A stretch of 64,000 nucleotides of DNA from Candidatus Brocadiia bacterium (lineage in GTDB: Bacteria > Planctomycetota > Brocadiia > CAIUPP01), in contig JBEKCB010000002.1 of assembly GCA_050015075.1 (NCBI GenBank), positions 1 through 64,000 on the forward strand. The letters run 5' to 3'. The notes beneath the pieces are model-generated. The model did no database searches and was not told the origin of the DNA. It was given only the letters and a program-made list of their open reading frames with translations. A program made the translations under genes and the position numbers. Of the stretch, positions 49,071 through 58,594 are shown piece by piece. Numbering within the stretch: position 1 is the first letter of the stretch; every line of letters starts with the position of its first letter.

Positions 49071-49424
49071 TCAGGCGATCGCGGTGTGACCGGTCTCGCC
49101 GGTCCCGATGCGGATGGCATCCTCGACGGGGAGGATGAAGATTTTCCCGGCGCCGACCGTGCCGGTGCGGGCCAGTTTTGTGATCAGGACCACGGCGGCA
49201 TCCACCATGTCCTCCGGCACGATGATCTCGAGCTTCAACTTGGGCAGGAACTTGATCTCAGGCTTGGGCGCGGCTTGTCCGCGGTGCTTCACCACCTGTC
49301 CGCGCTGCCGGCCGAACCCGCGCACTTCGGTCACGCTCATCCCGTCCACGCCCAGTTCCACCAGCGCCTGCGTCAACGGCTCCAGCTTGAACGGCTGGAT
49401 GTAGCACTCGATCTTCCTGAGCAT
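49071..49424 (-). CDS. PII-family nitrogen regulatory protein with atypical T-loop
   Basis: KIECYIQPFKL, VRGFGRQRG, FLPKLKLEI, ARTGTVGAGKIFI, IRIGTGE. Confidence 0.92.
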   Translation of the reverse strand: MLRKIECYIQPFKLEPLTQALVELGVDGMSVTEVRGFGRQRGQVVKHRGQAAPKPEIKFLPKLKLEIIVPEDMVDAAVVLITKLARTGTVGAGKIFILPVEDAIRIGTGETGHTAIA

Positions 49425-49600
49425 CGCGCGATCCTTTCAAGAAGTCCGGTTTCCCCAATTGGGCGACATTACCTAGCGCACTTTATCACACAGCTTGGGG
49501 GAACTCAAGCTTCCGATTGCCCTTGCGACGGCGGAGGGAAAATGGTAGGCAAGACGTTGAAATAACCTTGCGAGGTCGCCTGTCAACGGAGGGCTGGGTC

Positions 49601-49903
49601 ATGGCGGAGTTCACTAACGTGCTGCTCGCGCGGACGATGATCGAGGCGCGGATTGCGGAGGCCGCGCTTCAGGATGCGGGGATCGCGTGCGTCGTCGAGA
49701 ACTTTACCTCCGGCCCGTACGACGGCCTGTGGGTCTTGCAGCGCGGCTACGGGCGGATCCTGGTGCAACCCGAGGACGCGGAACGCGCGCGCGGGATTAT
49801 CGCGGAAGCGCTGGCCGCCGCTCCATTGCCGGAAGACGGCGCGGCGCCGGCGGACGACGAGGCGCCTGACGAAACGGAAGAACCCGAGGAACCCCGACAG
49901 TAG
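49601..49903 (+). CDS. DUF2007-like putative signal-transducing protein
   Basis: EARIAEAALQDAGIACVV...ILVQPEDAERARGII. Confidence 0.75.
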   Translation: MAEFTNVLLARTMIEARIAEAALQDAGIACVVENFTSGPYDGLWVLQRGYGRILVQPEDAERARGIIAEALAAAPLPEDGAAPADDEAPDETEEPEEPRQ

Positions 49904-49915
49904 AAAGAGCCTTCC

Positions 49916-50731
49916 ATGCCGGTCATAGATTTCCACGCGCATGCCTTCCCGGACGCGCTCGCCGCGCGAGCGGTGCCGAAGCTCGAGGATGCCGCGGAGG
50001 TGAAGGCGAAGCTCGACGGCCGAATCTCCTCGCTCCTGAAGTCCATGGACGAAGCCGGCGTCGAGCGCTCCGTGATCTGCTCGATCGCGACCAAGCCGGA
50101 GCATTTCGGGCCGATCCTCAAGTGGTCGCTGGAGATCGCCTCGGAGCAGATCGTGCCGCTCGCGTCGGTCCACCCGGCCGACCCGCTCGCCGCGCAGCAG
50201 GTGCGCGCGGTGGCCCGCGCTGGGCTCCGCGGGATCAAGCTGCATCCGTATTACCAGGGCTTCGACCTGGACGAGGAGCGCGTCCTGCCGATCTACGCGG
50301 CGGCGCAGGAGTGCGGGCTGATCGTGCTCTGCCACACCGGCTTCGACATCGCGTACCCGCGGGACCGGAAATGCGACCCGGCGCGGATTGCGCGCGTGAT
50401 CGAGCTGTTCCCCAAGCTGGCGCTGGTGACGAGCCACCTCGGCGCGTGGGAAGACTGGGACGAGGTCCGGAAGCACCTCCTCGGCAAGCCGGTCTACATG
50501 GAGACCTCGTTCTCGATCCCGTACCTGGGCCGGCCGGCGGCGAAGGCGCTCATCGAGGCGCATCCGCCCGAGTACCTGCTCTTCGGCACGGATTCGCCCT
50601 GGGCGGACCAGAAGGCCGGGATCGCCGAGATCCGCGCGCTGCGGCTGCCGGCGGAGCTGGAGCGGCGGGTCCTCTACGAGAATGCGCGCCGGCTGCTGGA
50701 CTCGAAAGGAAGTCCGAGGCGCGAATCATGA
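49916..50731 (+). CDS. Amidohydrolase-family metallohydrolase
   Basis: IDFHAH, GIKLHP, HTG, SHLG, LFGTDSPW. Confidence 0.92.
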   Translation: MPVIDFHAHAFPDALAARAVPKLEDAAEVKAKLDGRISSLLKSMDEAGVERSVICSIATKPEHFGPILKWSLEIASEQIVPLASVHPADPLAAQQVRAVARAGLRGIKLHPYYQGFDLDEERVLPIYAAAQECGLIVLCHTGFDIAYPRDRKCDPARIARVIELFPKLALVTSHLGAWEDWDEVRKHLLGKPVYMETSFSIPYLGRPAAKALIEAHPPEYLLFGTDSPWADQKAGIAEIRALRLPAELERRVLYENARRLLDSKGSPRRES

Positions 50732-52620
50732 ACGATAAAACACTTCATCATTCATCAGTCTTACCTCTGACTTCTCTCCGCTGGGCCCTGCTCGGCCTGA
50801 TTCTGCTGTTCGTCGCGTGCGAAACGGTCGAGGTGCGGTTCGCGCGGACGCTCCGCGGGGACGAGACGCTCTACATCCAGGCGGCCTACACGATGATGGA
50901 AACCGGGGACTGGCTCACGCCCCGGTTCGAGACCGGCGAGTTGCGCTTCAACAAGCCGATTCTGCCTTATTGGGTCGTCGGGATTCCGCTGAGCCTCTTC
51001 GGCCTCAGCCTGTCCGCCGCGCGGCTGCCCTCGGTGGCGCTGGCGCTGGCGGCGCTGCCGTTCGTTTATGGACTCGCGCGGGTGCTCGTGCGCGACCGCG
51101 CCGCGGCGCTTTTCGCGGTGGCGGCGTACCTGACGACGGAAGCGGTCTACAGCAACGCGCACCAGGCGCGGACGGACAGCCTGCTGACGTTCTGCGTCGT
51201 CGGGGCGATGTACTTCTTCGCGCGGCTGATCTTCGAGCCGGCTTGCCCTGAGCGAAGTCGAAGGGGCCACGAACGACGCGATGCCTTGCTGGCCTACGGC
51301 CTGACCGCCTGCGCGCTGATCACCAAGGGCATGGTCGGCATCGTCCTCATCCTGCTGCCGGTGGCCGTGTTCCTGTTGATCTCGCGGAAAGCGCAGAGCG
51401 CCGCCCATTCGGCAGGCTCAGGGCGGGCCCATTCGGCGGACTCAGGGCAGGCCCGTTCGGCGGACTCAGGGCAAGCCCGTTCGGCAGGCTCAGGGCAGGC
51501 CCGTTCGGCGGGCTCAGGGCAGGCCCGCTGGCGCATTCTCGCCTCGCCGTGGGGCTGGGCGCTGCTGCTGCTCATCACGGTCCCGTGGTACGCCGTCACT
51601 TACTTCCGATACCGCGGCGTGTTCACGAATATGTTCTTCGAGGACCAGGTGACGGAGAACCTGCACGGCTCGAAATGGTACATCCTCGGGAACGTCTTCC
51701 AGTACCTGTGGCTTCTCCTGAAGGACTGCCTGCCGTGGAGCGCGCCGGCGGTGCTGGCGGTGATCGCGAACGACGGCGGCCTGCGGGCGACCTTCAAAGA
51801 GCGGCGCGCGCAGTGGCTGTTCCTGCTGAGCTGGCTCGGCGTCACGTACGCCATCGTTCTGTTCGGCAATGTCGTCCGAGACCGGTACCTGCTTCCGGCG
51901 CTGCCGGCGGTCGCGGTGCTCGCGGGGCTGGCGGCGGCGAAAGCCGGCGAGGCCGACGCGCGCCCTCGCGGATTCGGGTGGGGACTTCAGCTCGTGGCGC
52001 TGTGCGCGTTCCTGATGGGGCTCGCGTGCCTGAGGCACGTCGAGGTGGAGTATGAGCACCCCGATGTTTATGAGGTGATCGCGGGACTGCTGCTGATGGG
52101 CGGCGCGGCGGCGATATTCCGGCTGGCGCGCTCCGGCCGCATGCAGCAGGCTGCACTCTGCGGCGGCGCACTCATGATGATAGCGATGCTGTCCGTCAGC
52201 GCGTTCTTCATCGCGCCGGCGCCGATGGAGCCGGCTGCCGAACTCGCGCGCGAGAAACTCGCCGGGCTGCCGGCCGGCGCGCAGGTCGCCACGGTCGGTC
52301 TGTCGAAGCAGGTGCGCGCCGCGGTGCTGCTGAACTGCGGCCTGAAGCCCGCCACGCTGACCGAGTCGAAAAAGCCCGCGGAGCAGACGGAAGCTCTCCG
52401 CAAGTTCCTCCAGGTACCGGGGGAAAAATTTGTGCTCATGGATTCGCGCGACTATACGGCTCTTGCGGAAGATGTCCGCGATCAGTGCGTCGTCGCCGCC
52501 GAGAGATCGGCGACGGAGGAACGCGACCTCGATCAATGGCTTCACGAATCGCCCCGCTCGCTCGCAGCGCTGATCCGCGGCACGCAGCAGACGCTCTATC
52601 TCCTCCGCGCCGATCATTAG
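50728..52620 (+). CDS. ArnT/GT39-family glycosyltransferase (paralog 1)
   Basis: DETLY..AA..M..GDW..P...RFNKP; ARTD; TKG; PWY; RYLLPALP. Confidence 0.88.
   Translation: MNDKTLHHSSVLPLTSLRWALLGLILLFVACETVEVRFARTLRGDETLYIQAAYTMMETGDWLTPRFETGELRFNKPILPYWVVGIPLSLFGLSLSAARLPSVALALAALPFVYGLARVLVRDRAAALFAVAAYLTTEAVYSNAHQARTDSLLTFCVVGAMYFFARLIFEPACPERSRRGHERRDALLAYGLTACALITKGMVGIVLILLPVAVFLLISRKAQSAAHSAGSGRAHSADSGQARSADSGQARSAGSGQARSAGSGQARWRILASPWGWALLLLITVPWYAVTYFRYRGVFTNMFFEDQVTENLHGSKWYILGNVFQYLWLLLKDCLPWSAPAVLAVIANDGGLRATFKERRAQWLFLLSWLGVTYAIVLFGNVVRDRYLLPALPAVAVLAGLAAAKAGEADARPRGFGWGLQLVALCAFLMGLACLRHVEVEYEHPDVYEVIAGLLLMGGAAAIFRLARSGRMQQAALCGGALMMIAMLSVSAFFIAPAPMEPAAELAREKLAGLPAGAQVATVGLSKQVRAAVLLNCGLKPATLTESKKPAEQTEALRKFLQVPGEKFVLMDSRDYTALAEDVRDQCVVAAERSATEERDLDQWLHESPRSLAALIRGTQQTLYLLRADH
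51241..51265. repeat. REP-like unit in frame in ArnT paralog 1
   Basis: gcttgccctgagcgaagtcgaaggg, encoding ACPERSRRG. Confidence 0.7.
51403..51522 (+). repeat. Five tandem 24-bp REP-like units in frame in ArnT paralog 1
   Basis: gcccRttcggcRgRctcagggcRR x5, encoding AHSAGSGR AHSADSGQ ARSADSGQ ARSAGSGQ ARSAGSGQ. Confidence 0.95.
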
Positions 52621-52695
52621 CTCCACTAGTGCTTAGTTGCGTAAAGGGTATTGCGTCGCCCGGGGCAGACAGCAAATTTGTATTTCCCATCGCCG

Positions 52696-54384
52696 ATGAG
52701 CGATATCCGCGACAACATGACGCCGGCCGGCCAGGCGGCCGTTGAGCCCTGGCGCTGGGCGCAGCTGGCCGCGATGCTGATCGCGGCGTACTTCGCCGTC
52801 GGCGTGTTCGACCACGACATCTGGGCGCCGACGGAACCGGCGGTGGCCGGAGTCGTGTGGGAGATGTGCGCGCACGACGACCTGGCCGTCCCGCGCATCA
52901 ACGGCCTAACCTACCTGGAGAAGCCGCCGCTCTACTACTGGACGGCGTGGGCCTGCTGCAAGGCGGGCGGGCGGATCAGCCCGGGCCTGCTGCGGCTGCC
53001 GGCGGTGACGTTCGGAATCCTCTGTCTGCTCCTGGCATTTTGGGCGGCCCGCGCGCGCTACGGCGCCGCCGCGGCCTGGCTGGCGACGGTCCTCGCCGCG
53101 ACCACGCCGAGCTACTATATGCTCGCCCATCGCGCCACTACGGACATGGCCGCGGCGTTCTTCGCCTTCCTGTGCTTCGCGATTTTCGCCTCGACGCTCT
53201 CCGCATCGGAGGATACTCCGAAGCGGCACTCGCTCGACATCCTCTTCGCGCTCGCGCTGGCGCTCTCGTTCTACAGCAAGAACTTGTACACCTGGCTGAT
53301 CGTGCTGCCGCCGGTGCTGCTTTTCCTGGCGTACAAGCGGCTTTTCCGGCGAATCGGCGTCATCGTCGGTCTGCTGGCGGTGTTCTTCGTCCTGCTGGTG
53401 ACGCCCTGGTGCCTGGCCCTCTTTCGGCACGGCGGATGGGAATACCTGAGGATCGTCTTCGTGGACAACACGCTGGGCCGCTTCTTCAGCCTGGTTCCAC
53501 AGTGGCCTATGACCGAGCCGTTGAACGACGCCTACCGCGCGGAGAAGGACAAATCCAAACTGATCTATATCACGACGCTCTTCTTTTTCTCAACGCCCTG
53601 GGCGCTGGCATTTATCGCCTCCGTGGCGGCGTTTTTCCGGAAGCGCGGCGGCGACTTCCGCCTTTTCCTGAAGATTGCGTTCATTGCGATTCCCGTGGTA
53701 CTCACCCTTTCCTCCTCGAGGGCAGGCGAGTACGTAATACCGGTTTACTTCGCGGCCATCCTCATGGCGGCGGAGTTGCTGCGGGACCTCCTGCAGGAAA
53801 CGCCGCGTCCATGGCGGGACTGGAAGGGCATGCTCGTCGGCCTCAATATCGCGCTCGTCGTCGGACTGTGCCTGGCCATACCGGTGCTGGTCAGCGTAGC
53901 GCTCCGAAGCGGCGCGCCGCTCCTCGGCTTGATCCCCGCGCTGGCGGCGGCGGGCTGGCTGGCAGTGAACCGGCGCGAAAAGTGGCTCACGTTCCGCGTT
54001 CTCTCGACGGCGCTGGCGGTCGTCTGCGGCGCGTTCATCCTGGTGATGGGCTTCATCACGCCGCTGCTCGACCGGCAGAAATCGTTCGCCTATTTCTTCG
54101 ACGCCATCCGCCCCGCCGCCGCGCAACGCGCGCTGTATACGACGTTCTGCGACGATCGCCGATTGCCGTTGATCTCGTATTACCTCGGCCGCCGGGCCGA
54201 AATTGTGCATGACGAGCCGAGCGTCTACAAGCTGCTCCGGAGCGGGCAGCCGCTGGGGATCATCATCGCGTCGAAGTTCTACGAGAGCCGCCAAGCGCAA
54301 TTCGCCGCCATCCCTCACCGCGCCACCATTACCACGCGCGGCCAAGACGTGTTTACCCTGGTGACGCCGGACGAGACTCGATAG
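52696..54384 (+). CDS. ArnT/GT39-family glycosyltransferase (paralog 2)
   Basis: WAPTEP...VPRING..YLEKPPLYYW; RLPA; ATTDM; multi-TM. Confidence 0.85.
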   Translation: MSDIRDNMTPAGQAAVEPWRWAQLAAMLIAAYFAVGVFDHDIWAPTEPAVAGVVWEMCAHDDLAVPRINGLTYLEKPPLYYWTAWACCKAGGRISPGLLRLPAVTFGILCLLLAFWAARARYGAAAAWLATVLAATTPSYYMLAHRATTDMAAAFFAFLCFAIFASTLSASEDTPKRHSLDILFALALALSFYSKNLYTWLIVLPPVLLFLAYKRLFRRIGVIVGLLAVFFVLLVTPWCLALFRHGGWEYLRIVFVDNTLGRFFSLVPQWPMTEPLNDAYRAEKDKSKLIYITTLFFFSTPWALAFIASVAAFFRKRGGDFRLFLKIAFIAIPVVLTLSSSRAGEYVIPVYFAAILMAAELLRDLLQETPRPWRDWKGMLVGLNIALVVGLCLAIPVLVSVALRSGAPLLGLIPALAAAGWLAVNRREKWLTFRVLSTALAVVCGAFILVMGFITPLLDRQKSFAYFFDAIRPAAAQRALYTTFCDDRRLPLISYYLGRRAEIVHDEPSVYKLLRSGQPLGIIIASKFYESRQAQFAAIPHRATITTRGQDVFTLVTPDETR

Positions 54385-54508
54385 CAGCCGCCAACGGCGA
54401 GCAGGACGCCGCTTGTTGATTTCCGGGCGCCGGTTCTGGTAAAAGAGCCCCTGAATACAGGCCATCGTGAACCGTTTCCCGCTCACCTCGTCCGTAAGGC
54501 AAAACCCG

Positions 54509-55804
54509 ATGACCGAAGGCGCCGGAGCTGGAGGGCCTGCCCTGAGCCGCGCTGCCGGCGCGGCAACCGCTCCCGCGCGTCGCGCCGCACCCCTGCCGTT
54601 CTGCCGGCCGACCATCGAGGATGCGGAAATCGCCGAGGTTGTCGCGTCGCTGCGCTCCGGCTGGATCACCACCGGGCCGAAGGTGGCGAAGTTCGAGGCG
54701 CTGTTCCGCGAGCGGTTGCGCGCGCCCGAGGCCATCGCCGTCAATTCCGCCACCGGCGGACTGCACCTGTCCGTCGCGGTGCTGGACCTGAAACCCGGCG
54801 ATGAGGTGATCGTTCCCTCGCTGACCTGGACGGCGACGGCGAACGTGGTCGAACTCTCCGGCGCGCGGCCGGTGTTCGCCGACGTGGACGCCGACACGCT
54901 CTGCCTGGACCCGGAAGACGTGGCCCGCCGGATCACGCCGCGGACGCGCGCGATCATGCCGGTCCACTACGCCGGGCAGCCGGCGGACCTCGACGCGTTG
55001 CGGGCGCCGGCGCGGAAGCACGGCCTGGTCATCATCGAAGACGCCGCGCATGCCATCGGCGCGTTCTACAAAGGCGTCGAGATCGGCGCCTCGGGCGACC
55101 TGGTGGTCTTCAGCTTCCACGCCATCAAGAACGCGACGACCGGCGAGGGCGGGATGATCGTCTGTCCCGCCGACGGCGGACGCTGGGCCGACCGGCTGCG
55201 CCGGCTGAGGCTGCAGGGCGTCGTCAACGGCCCGGACCGCCGTCCCGGTCGCGGGCCGATGGAATATGACGTCCTCGAACCCGGCTGGAAGTACAACATG
55301 ATGGACCTCCAGGCGGCCATCGGCATCCACCAGATGGCGAAGGTGGACGGCTTCATCGCCCGGCGGCGCGCGCTGGCGGAGCGCTACGCAGAACTGCTGG
55401 CGGACGTGAGTGAACTCCGCCCGCTCGGCGCCGTGCGTTATCCGAGCGTCCACGCCTGGCACCTCTACGTCGTGCAACTCGACCTCGAGGCGCTGGACAT
55501 TTCGCGGGCGGAGTTCGGCGCGCGGATGATGAAGGAAGAGAACATCGGCGTCGGGCTGCATTTCATGCCGGTCCACACCTCGACCTACTACAGCGGCAAG
55601 TACGGGTGCAAGCGCGGCGACCTGCCGAACACCGATCGCGCCGGCGACCGGATCCTGTCGCTGCCGCTCTACCCGCTCTTGAAGGAAGAGGACCTGGAAG
55701 ATGTGGTCCGCGCGCTGAAGCGCATGATCGCAGGGCACTTGAAACCACCAAGGCACAAAGGAACAGCGGCTACCACCACGGAATACACGGAGCACACCGA
55801 ATGA
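54509..55804 (+). CDS. arnB: UDP-4-amino-4-deoxy-L-arabinose aminotransferase-like (DegT family)
   Basis: SGWITTGPK, SLTWTAT, PVHYAG, EDAAHA, SFHAIKNATTGEGG, PGWKYN; start uncertain (54467 or 54509). Confidence 0.88.
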   Translation: MTEGAGAGGPALSRAAGAATAPARRAAPLPFCRPTIEDAEIAEVVASLRSGWITTGPKVAKFEALFRERLRAPEAIAVNSATGGLHLSVAVLDLKPGDEVIVPSLTWTATANVVELSGARPVFADVDADTLCLDPEDVARRITPRTRAIMPVHYAGQPADLDALRAPARKHGLVIIEDAAHAIGAFYKGVEIGASGDLVVFSFHAIKNATTGEGGMIVCPADGGRWADRLRRLRLQGVVNGPDRRPGRGPMEYDVLEPGWKYNMMDLQAAIGIHQMAKVDGFIARRRALAERYAELLADVSELRPLGAVRYPSVHAWHLYVVQLDLEALDISRAEFGARMMKEENIGVGLHFMPVHTSTYYSGKYGCKRGDLPNTDRAGDRILSLPLYPLLKEEDLEDVVRALKRMIAGHLKPPRHKGTAATTTEYTEHTE

Positions 55805-55889
55805 CTTTCCTCAACAGCTTCAGTGTCTTCCGTGTGTTCCGTGGTTGCAGCATCAGTTGGCGTTCTTGGTGCCTTGGTGCCTTGGTGGT
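55744..55889. repeat. Two nested inverted 9-bp-unit elements at the arnB-arnC junction
   Basis: Outer accaccaaggcacaaagg / cttggtgccttggtgccttggtggt; inner accacggaatacacggagcacaccgaa / ttcagtgtcttccgtgtgttccgtggt. Confidence 0.88.
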
Positions 55890-55916
55890 GAGAGAAAGCG
55901 TTTGGAGCAAGCAATC

Positions 55917-56876
55917 GTGAAAAGCGGTGACCCGCGTTTGTCGGTCGTCGTCCCGATGCTCAACGAGGCGGCGAACATCGAGCCGCTCTTCGCGCGCCTG
56001 TTCCCCGTGCTCGACGGGACCGGCGAAGCGTATGAGGTCGTGGCGGTGGACGACGGCTCGACCGACCGGACGCTGGAACTGCTCCGCGAGCAGCGGAAAC
56101 TCCATCCGCAATTGCGCGTGCTGTCCTTCGCGCGGAACTTCGGCCAGCACGCCGCGGTCATGGCCGGCTTCGAGGCCTCGCGCGGAGACTGGATCGTCAC
56201 GCTCGACGCGGACCTGCAAAACCCGCCCGAGGAAATCCCGAAGATCGTCGCGGCGTTCCGCGAGGGATACGACCTGGTCAACACGTACCGCGAAGGCCGG
56301 CAGGACACCTCCTTCCGGCGCTGGGCCTCGCGGCTGACGAACGCCATGGTGCGGCGGTTCTCGGGCATCTCGCTCTCGGACTTCGGCTGCATGCTCCGCG
56401 GCTACCACCGCAGCGTCGTGGCGCCGATGGTCGAGCGGAAGGAATACCGCACGTTCATCCCCGCGCTGGCCATGCTCCATGCGCGGCGGCCGACCGAGGT
56501 GGCCGTGCAGCATTCCGCCCGCGAGCGCGGCGCGTCGAATTACTCGCTGCTGAAGCTCTTTTCGCTGCAACTGGACCTGGTGACCAGCTTTTCCATCGCG
56601 CCGCTGCGGATGCTCTTCATCCTGGGGTGGGTCATTGCGCTCCTGGGGATCGGGTTCGGCATCTTCCTGATGATCGGCCGGTTTATCGAAGGCCCGGACT
56701 GGACGGCGGGCGGCGTCTTCACGCTCTTCTCGATTCTGTTCTTCTTCGTCGGCGCGCAGTTCCTGGCATTCGGGCTGCTCGGCGAGTATATCGGCCGCAT
56801 CTACCAGGAAGTGCGCAACCGGCCGACCTACCTGCTGCGCAACGAAGAGCCCAGCGACCGCGCCGGCGAAAGGTGA
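55917..56876 (+). CDS. arnC: Undecaprenyl-phosphate Ara4FN transferase-like GT2
   Basis: SVVVPMLNE, DDGSTD, RNFGQHAA, DADLQNPPEEIP, DFGCMLR, TFIPALA, GEYIGRIY. Confidence 0.9.
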   Translation: MKSGDPRLSVVVPMLNEAANIEPLFARLFPVLDGTGEAYEVVAVDDGSTDRTLELLREQRKLHPQLRVLSFARNFGQHAAVMAGFEASRGDWIVTLDADLQNPPEEIPKIVAAFREGYDLVNTYREGRQDTSFRRWASRLTNAMVRRFSGISLSDFGCMLRGYHRSVVAPMVERKEYRTFIPALAMLHARRPTEVAVQHSARERGASNYSLLKLFSLQLDLVTSFSIAPLRMLFILGWVIALLGIGFGIFLMIGRFIEGPDWTAGGVFTLFSILFFFVGAQFLAFGLLGEYIGRIYQEVRNRPTYLLRNEEPSDRAGER

Positions 56877-56878
56877 CC

Positions 56879-58594
56879 ATGCAGAAGCGCGTCGCGGCTG
56901 CCCTGCTGGCGCTTTTCGCGGTCGTGTACCTCGCCCCGCTGGGAATCCGGCCGCTCTACGAGACCGACGAATTCCGCTACGCAGAAATCCCGCGCGAGAT
57001 GGTCGCCAGCGGCGACTGGGTCGTGCCGCGGCTCGACGGGATGCGCTATTTCGAGAAGCCGGCGCTCGGCTATTGGCTGACCGCTTCGTCCATGGTATTC
57101 TTCGGTCAGAACCCGTTCGGCGTCAGGCTGCCGGTGGCGCTCTCCGCCGGCGGCGCCGCGCTGGCGCTCTTTCTGCTGGTCCGGCGCTCCTCCTCCGCTG
57201 AAGCCGCAGAGAACAGGCCCGGCGGAGTGGGCGCGGCGGCGGCCGCGGCGGGCATTCTGCTGACAAGTTTCATGTTCTACACGCTCGGCTGCTACAGCAC
57301 GCTGGATATGCCGCTGACGATGTTCCTGACCGCGGCGGCGGTCCTTTTCTATTTCGCGTTCGAGACGGAGAATCCGCGGCGCAAGGTGCTGTGCCTGCTG
57401 TTTTTCGGCGTCGCCGTCGGCTGCGCGTTCCTGACGAAAGGATTCCTCGTCTTCGCTTTTCTGTGTGCGGCGGGCGTGCCGTTCATGCTCTGGGAGCGGC
57501 GCACCGGAAAACTCCTGCGGCTGGCCTGGCTGCCCCTGCTGACGATGGCGCTGGTCGCGCTGCCCTGGTGCCTGATGATCCATCGGCGCGAACCGGACTT
57601 CTGGTCGCAGTTCTTCTGGGAGCAGCACTGGCGGCGGTTCTGGAGCGGGCGCGCGCAGCATGCCCAGCCGGCCTGGTTCTTCATCCCGTGGATCGTCGCG
57701 GGCATCCTGCCGTGGACGGCGCTGGCGCCGGCGGCGATCATCGGCCTCGGAAAGGAAAAGCTCAAGGACCCGCTGATCCGTTTCGCGCTCTGCTGGCTCG
57801 TGTTCCCGTTCCTCTTCTTCTCCGTCTGCAGCGGCAAGCTGCCCACATACATCCTGCCCTGTTTTCCGCCGCTGGCGCTGCTGATCGGCGTGGGACTGCA
57901 CCGGTATTTTGACCAGGGGCGGGGCAAGGCGTTCGTCGCCGGCGCGTGGGCCGTCATTCTGCTGCTCGATGTGGCCATGGTGGCGATCGTAGCCGTCAGC
58001 GCGACCGGCGGAGAGATTCTGGCAGGGCCGCTCGCGGAGGCTCGGCAATTTTTTTACCGGCCGAACGAACAATGGAAATGGCTGCTCCTCATTTCGGCGC
58101 TGGTCGTCTGGGCCGCGTTATGGTTCTGGGGGAGCCGGCCGAGCGTTGCGGTGCACCGGCTGGCGCTGCTGTGCGCGGGGCCGTGCCTTTTCATGGTGGC
58201 CGAGAACTGCGTGATGCCGCAGGCCGCGCAGGACTTCTGCGCGCCGGAAGCGTTCCTCGCGCGCGATTCCGCACGCGTCGAAGCCGGCGCGCCGCTTCTG
58301 GCGCGCGCCGGTCTAACTCACGCCGTCGCATGGCATTACAAACGCACGGATGTCATACTGCTCGACTCCGAAGGCGAATTCGAGTACGGTCTGCTGCACT
58401 CGAATGACAAGAATCGCGAGGTTGAACTGGACGATTTCGCCTCGTTCGTGGCAAAATACCCGCCGACGAAGCTGATTACGGTCCTCGTGGAGAAGGAATA
58501 CTACCAGGACCACCAGGCGCGGTTGCCGAAGGCCGAGTACGTGGACATGAACGCCGCCTTTGTCTTCGCGCAGTATCGAGGAACGGCCAGATGA
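56879..58594 (+). CDS. arnT: ArnT-family L-Ara4N transferase (paralog 3, most canonical)
   Basis: TDEFRYAEIPREM..SGDWVVPRLDGMRYFEKP; TKGF; HAQPAWFF; GKLPTYILPCFPPLA; GEFEYG. Confidence 0.9.
   Translation: MQKRVAAALLALFAVVYLAPLGIRPLYETDEFRYAEIPREMVASGDWVVPRLDGMRYFEKPALGYWLTASSMVFFGQNPFGVRLPVALSAGGAALALFLLVRRSSSAEAAENRPGGVGAAAAAAGILLTSFMFYTLGCYSTLDMPLTMFLTAAAVLFYFAFETENPRRKVLCLLFFGVAVGCAFLTKGFLVFAFLCAAGVPFMLWERRTGKLLRLAWLPLLTMALVALPWCLMIHRREPDFWSQFFWEQHWRRFWSGRAQHAQPAWFFIPWIVAGILPWTALAPAAIIGLGKEKLKDPLIRFALCWLVFPFLFFSVCSGKLPTYILPCFPPLALLIGVGLHRYFDQGRGKAFVAGAWAVILLLDVAMVAIVAVSATGGEILAGPLAEARQFFYRPNEQWKWLLLISALVVWAALWFWGSRPSVAVHRLALLCAGPCLFMVAENCVMPQAAQDFCAPEAFLARDSARVEAGAPLLARAGLTHAVAWHYKRTDVILLDSEGEFEYGLLHSNDKNREVELDDFASFVAKYPPTKLITVLVEKEYYQDHQARLPKAEYVDMNAAFVFAQYRGTAR

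Noticed and set aside
49481-49505. TTATCACACAG as a DnaA box
   Set aside because: Does not fit TTATCCACA, is isolated, and is better explained as part of the PII promoter.
50122-50727. Long N-terminal extensions in the ORF track (ArnT1, also nifS 7897, MFS 20692, mnmA 33452, acylase 44879)
   Set aside because: They overlap upstream genes or repeats; homology motifs begin at the downstream starts used here.
50727-50760. Faint TCATCAT-like repeat at the ArnT paralog 1 start, and a pyrimidine run at 38489-38515
   Set aside because: Too degenerate to assign to the repeat family.
51403-51522. Possible CRISPR array
   Set aside because: Units are head-to-tail with no spacers, lie in a coding frame, and no cas genes are present.
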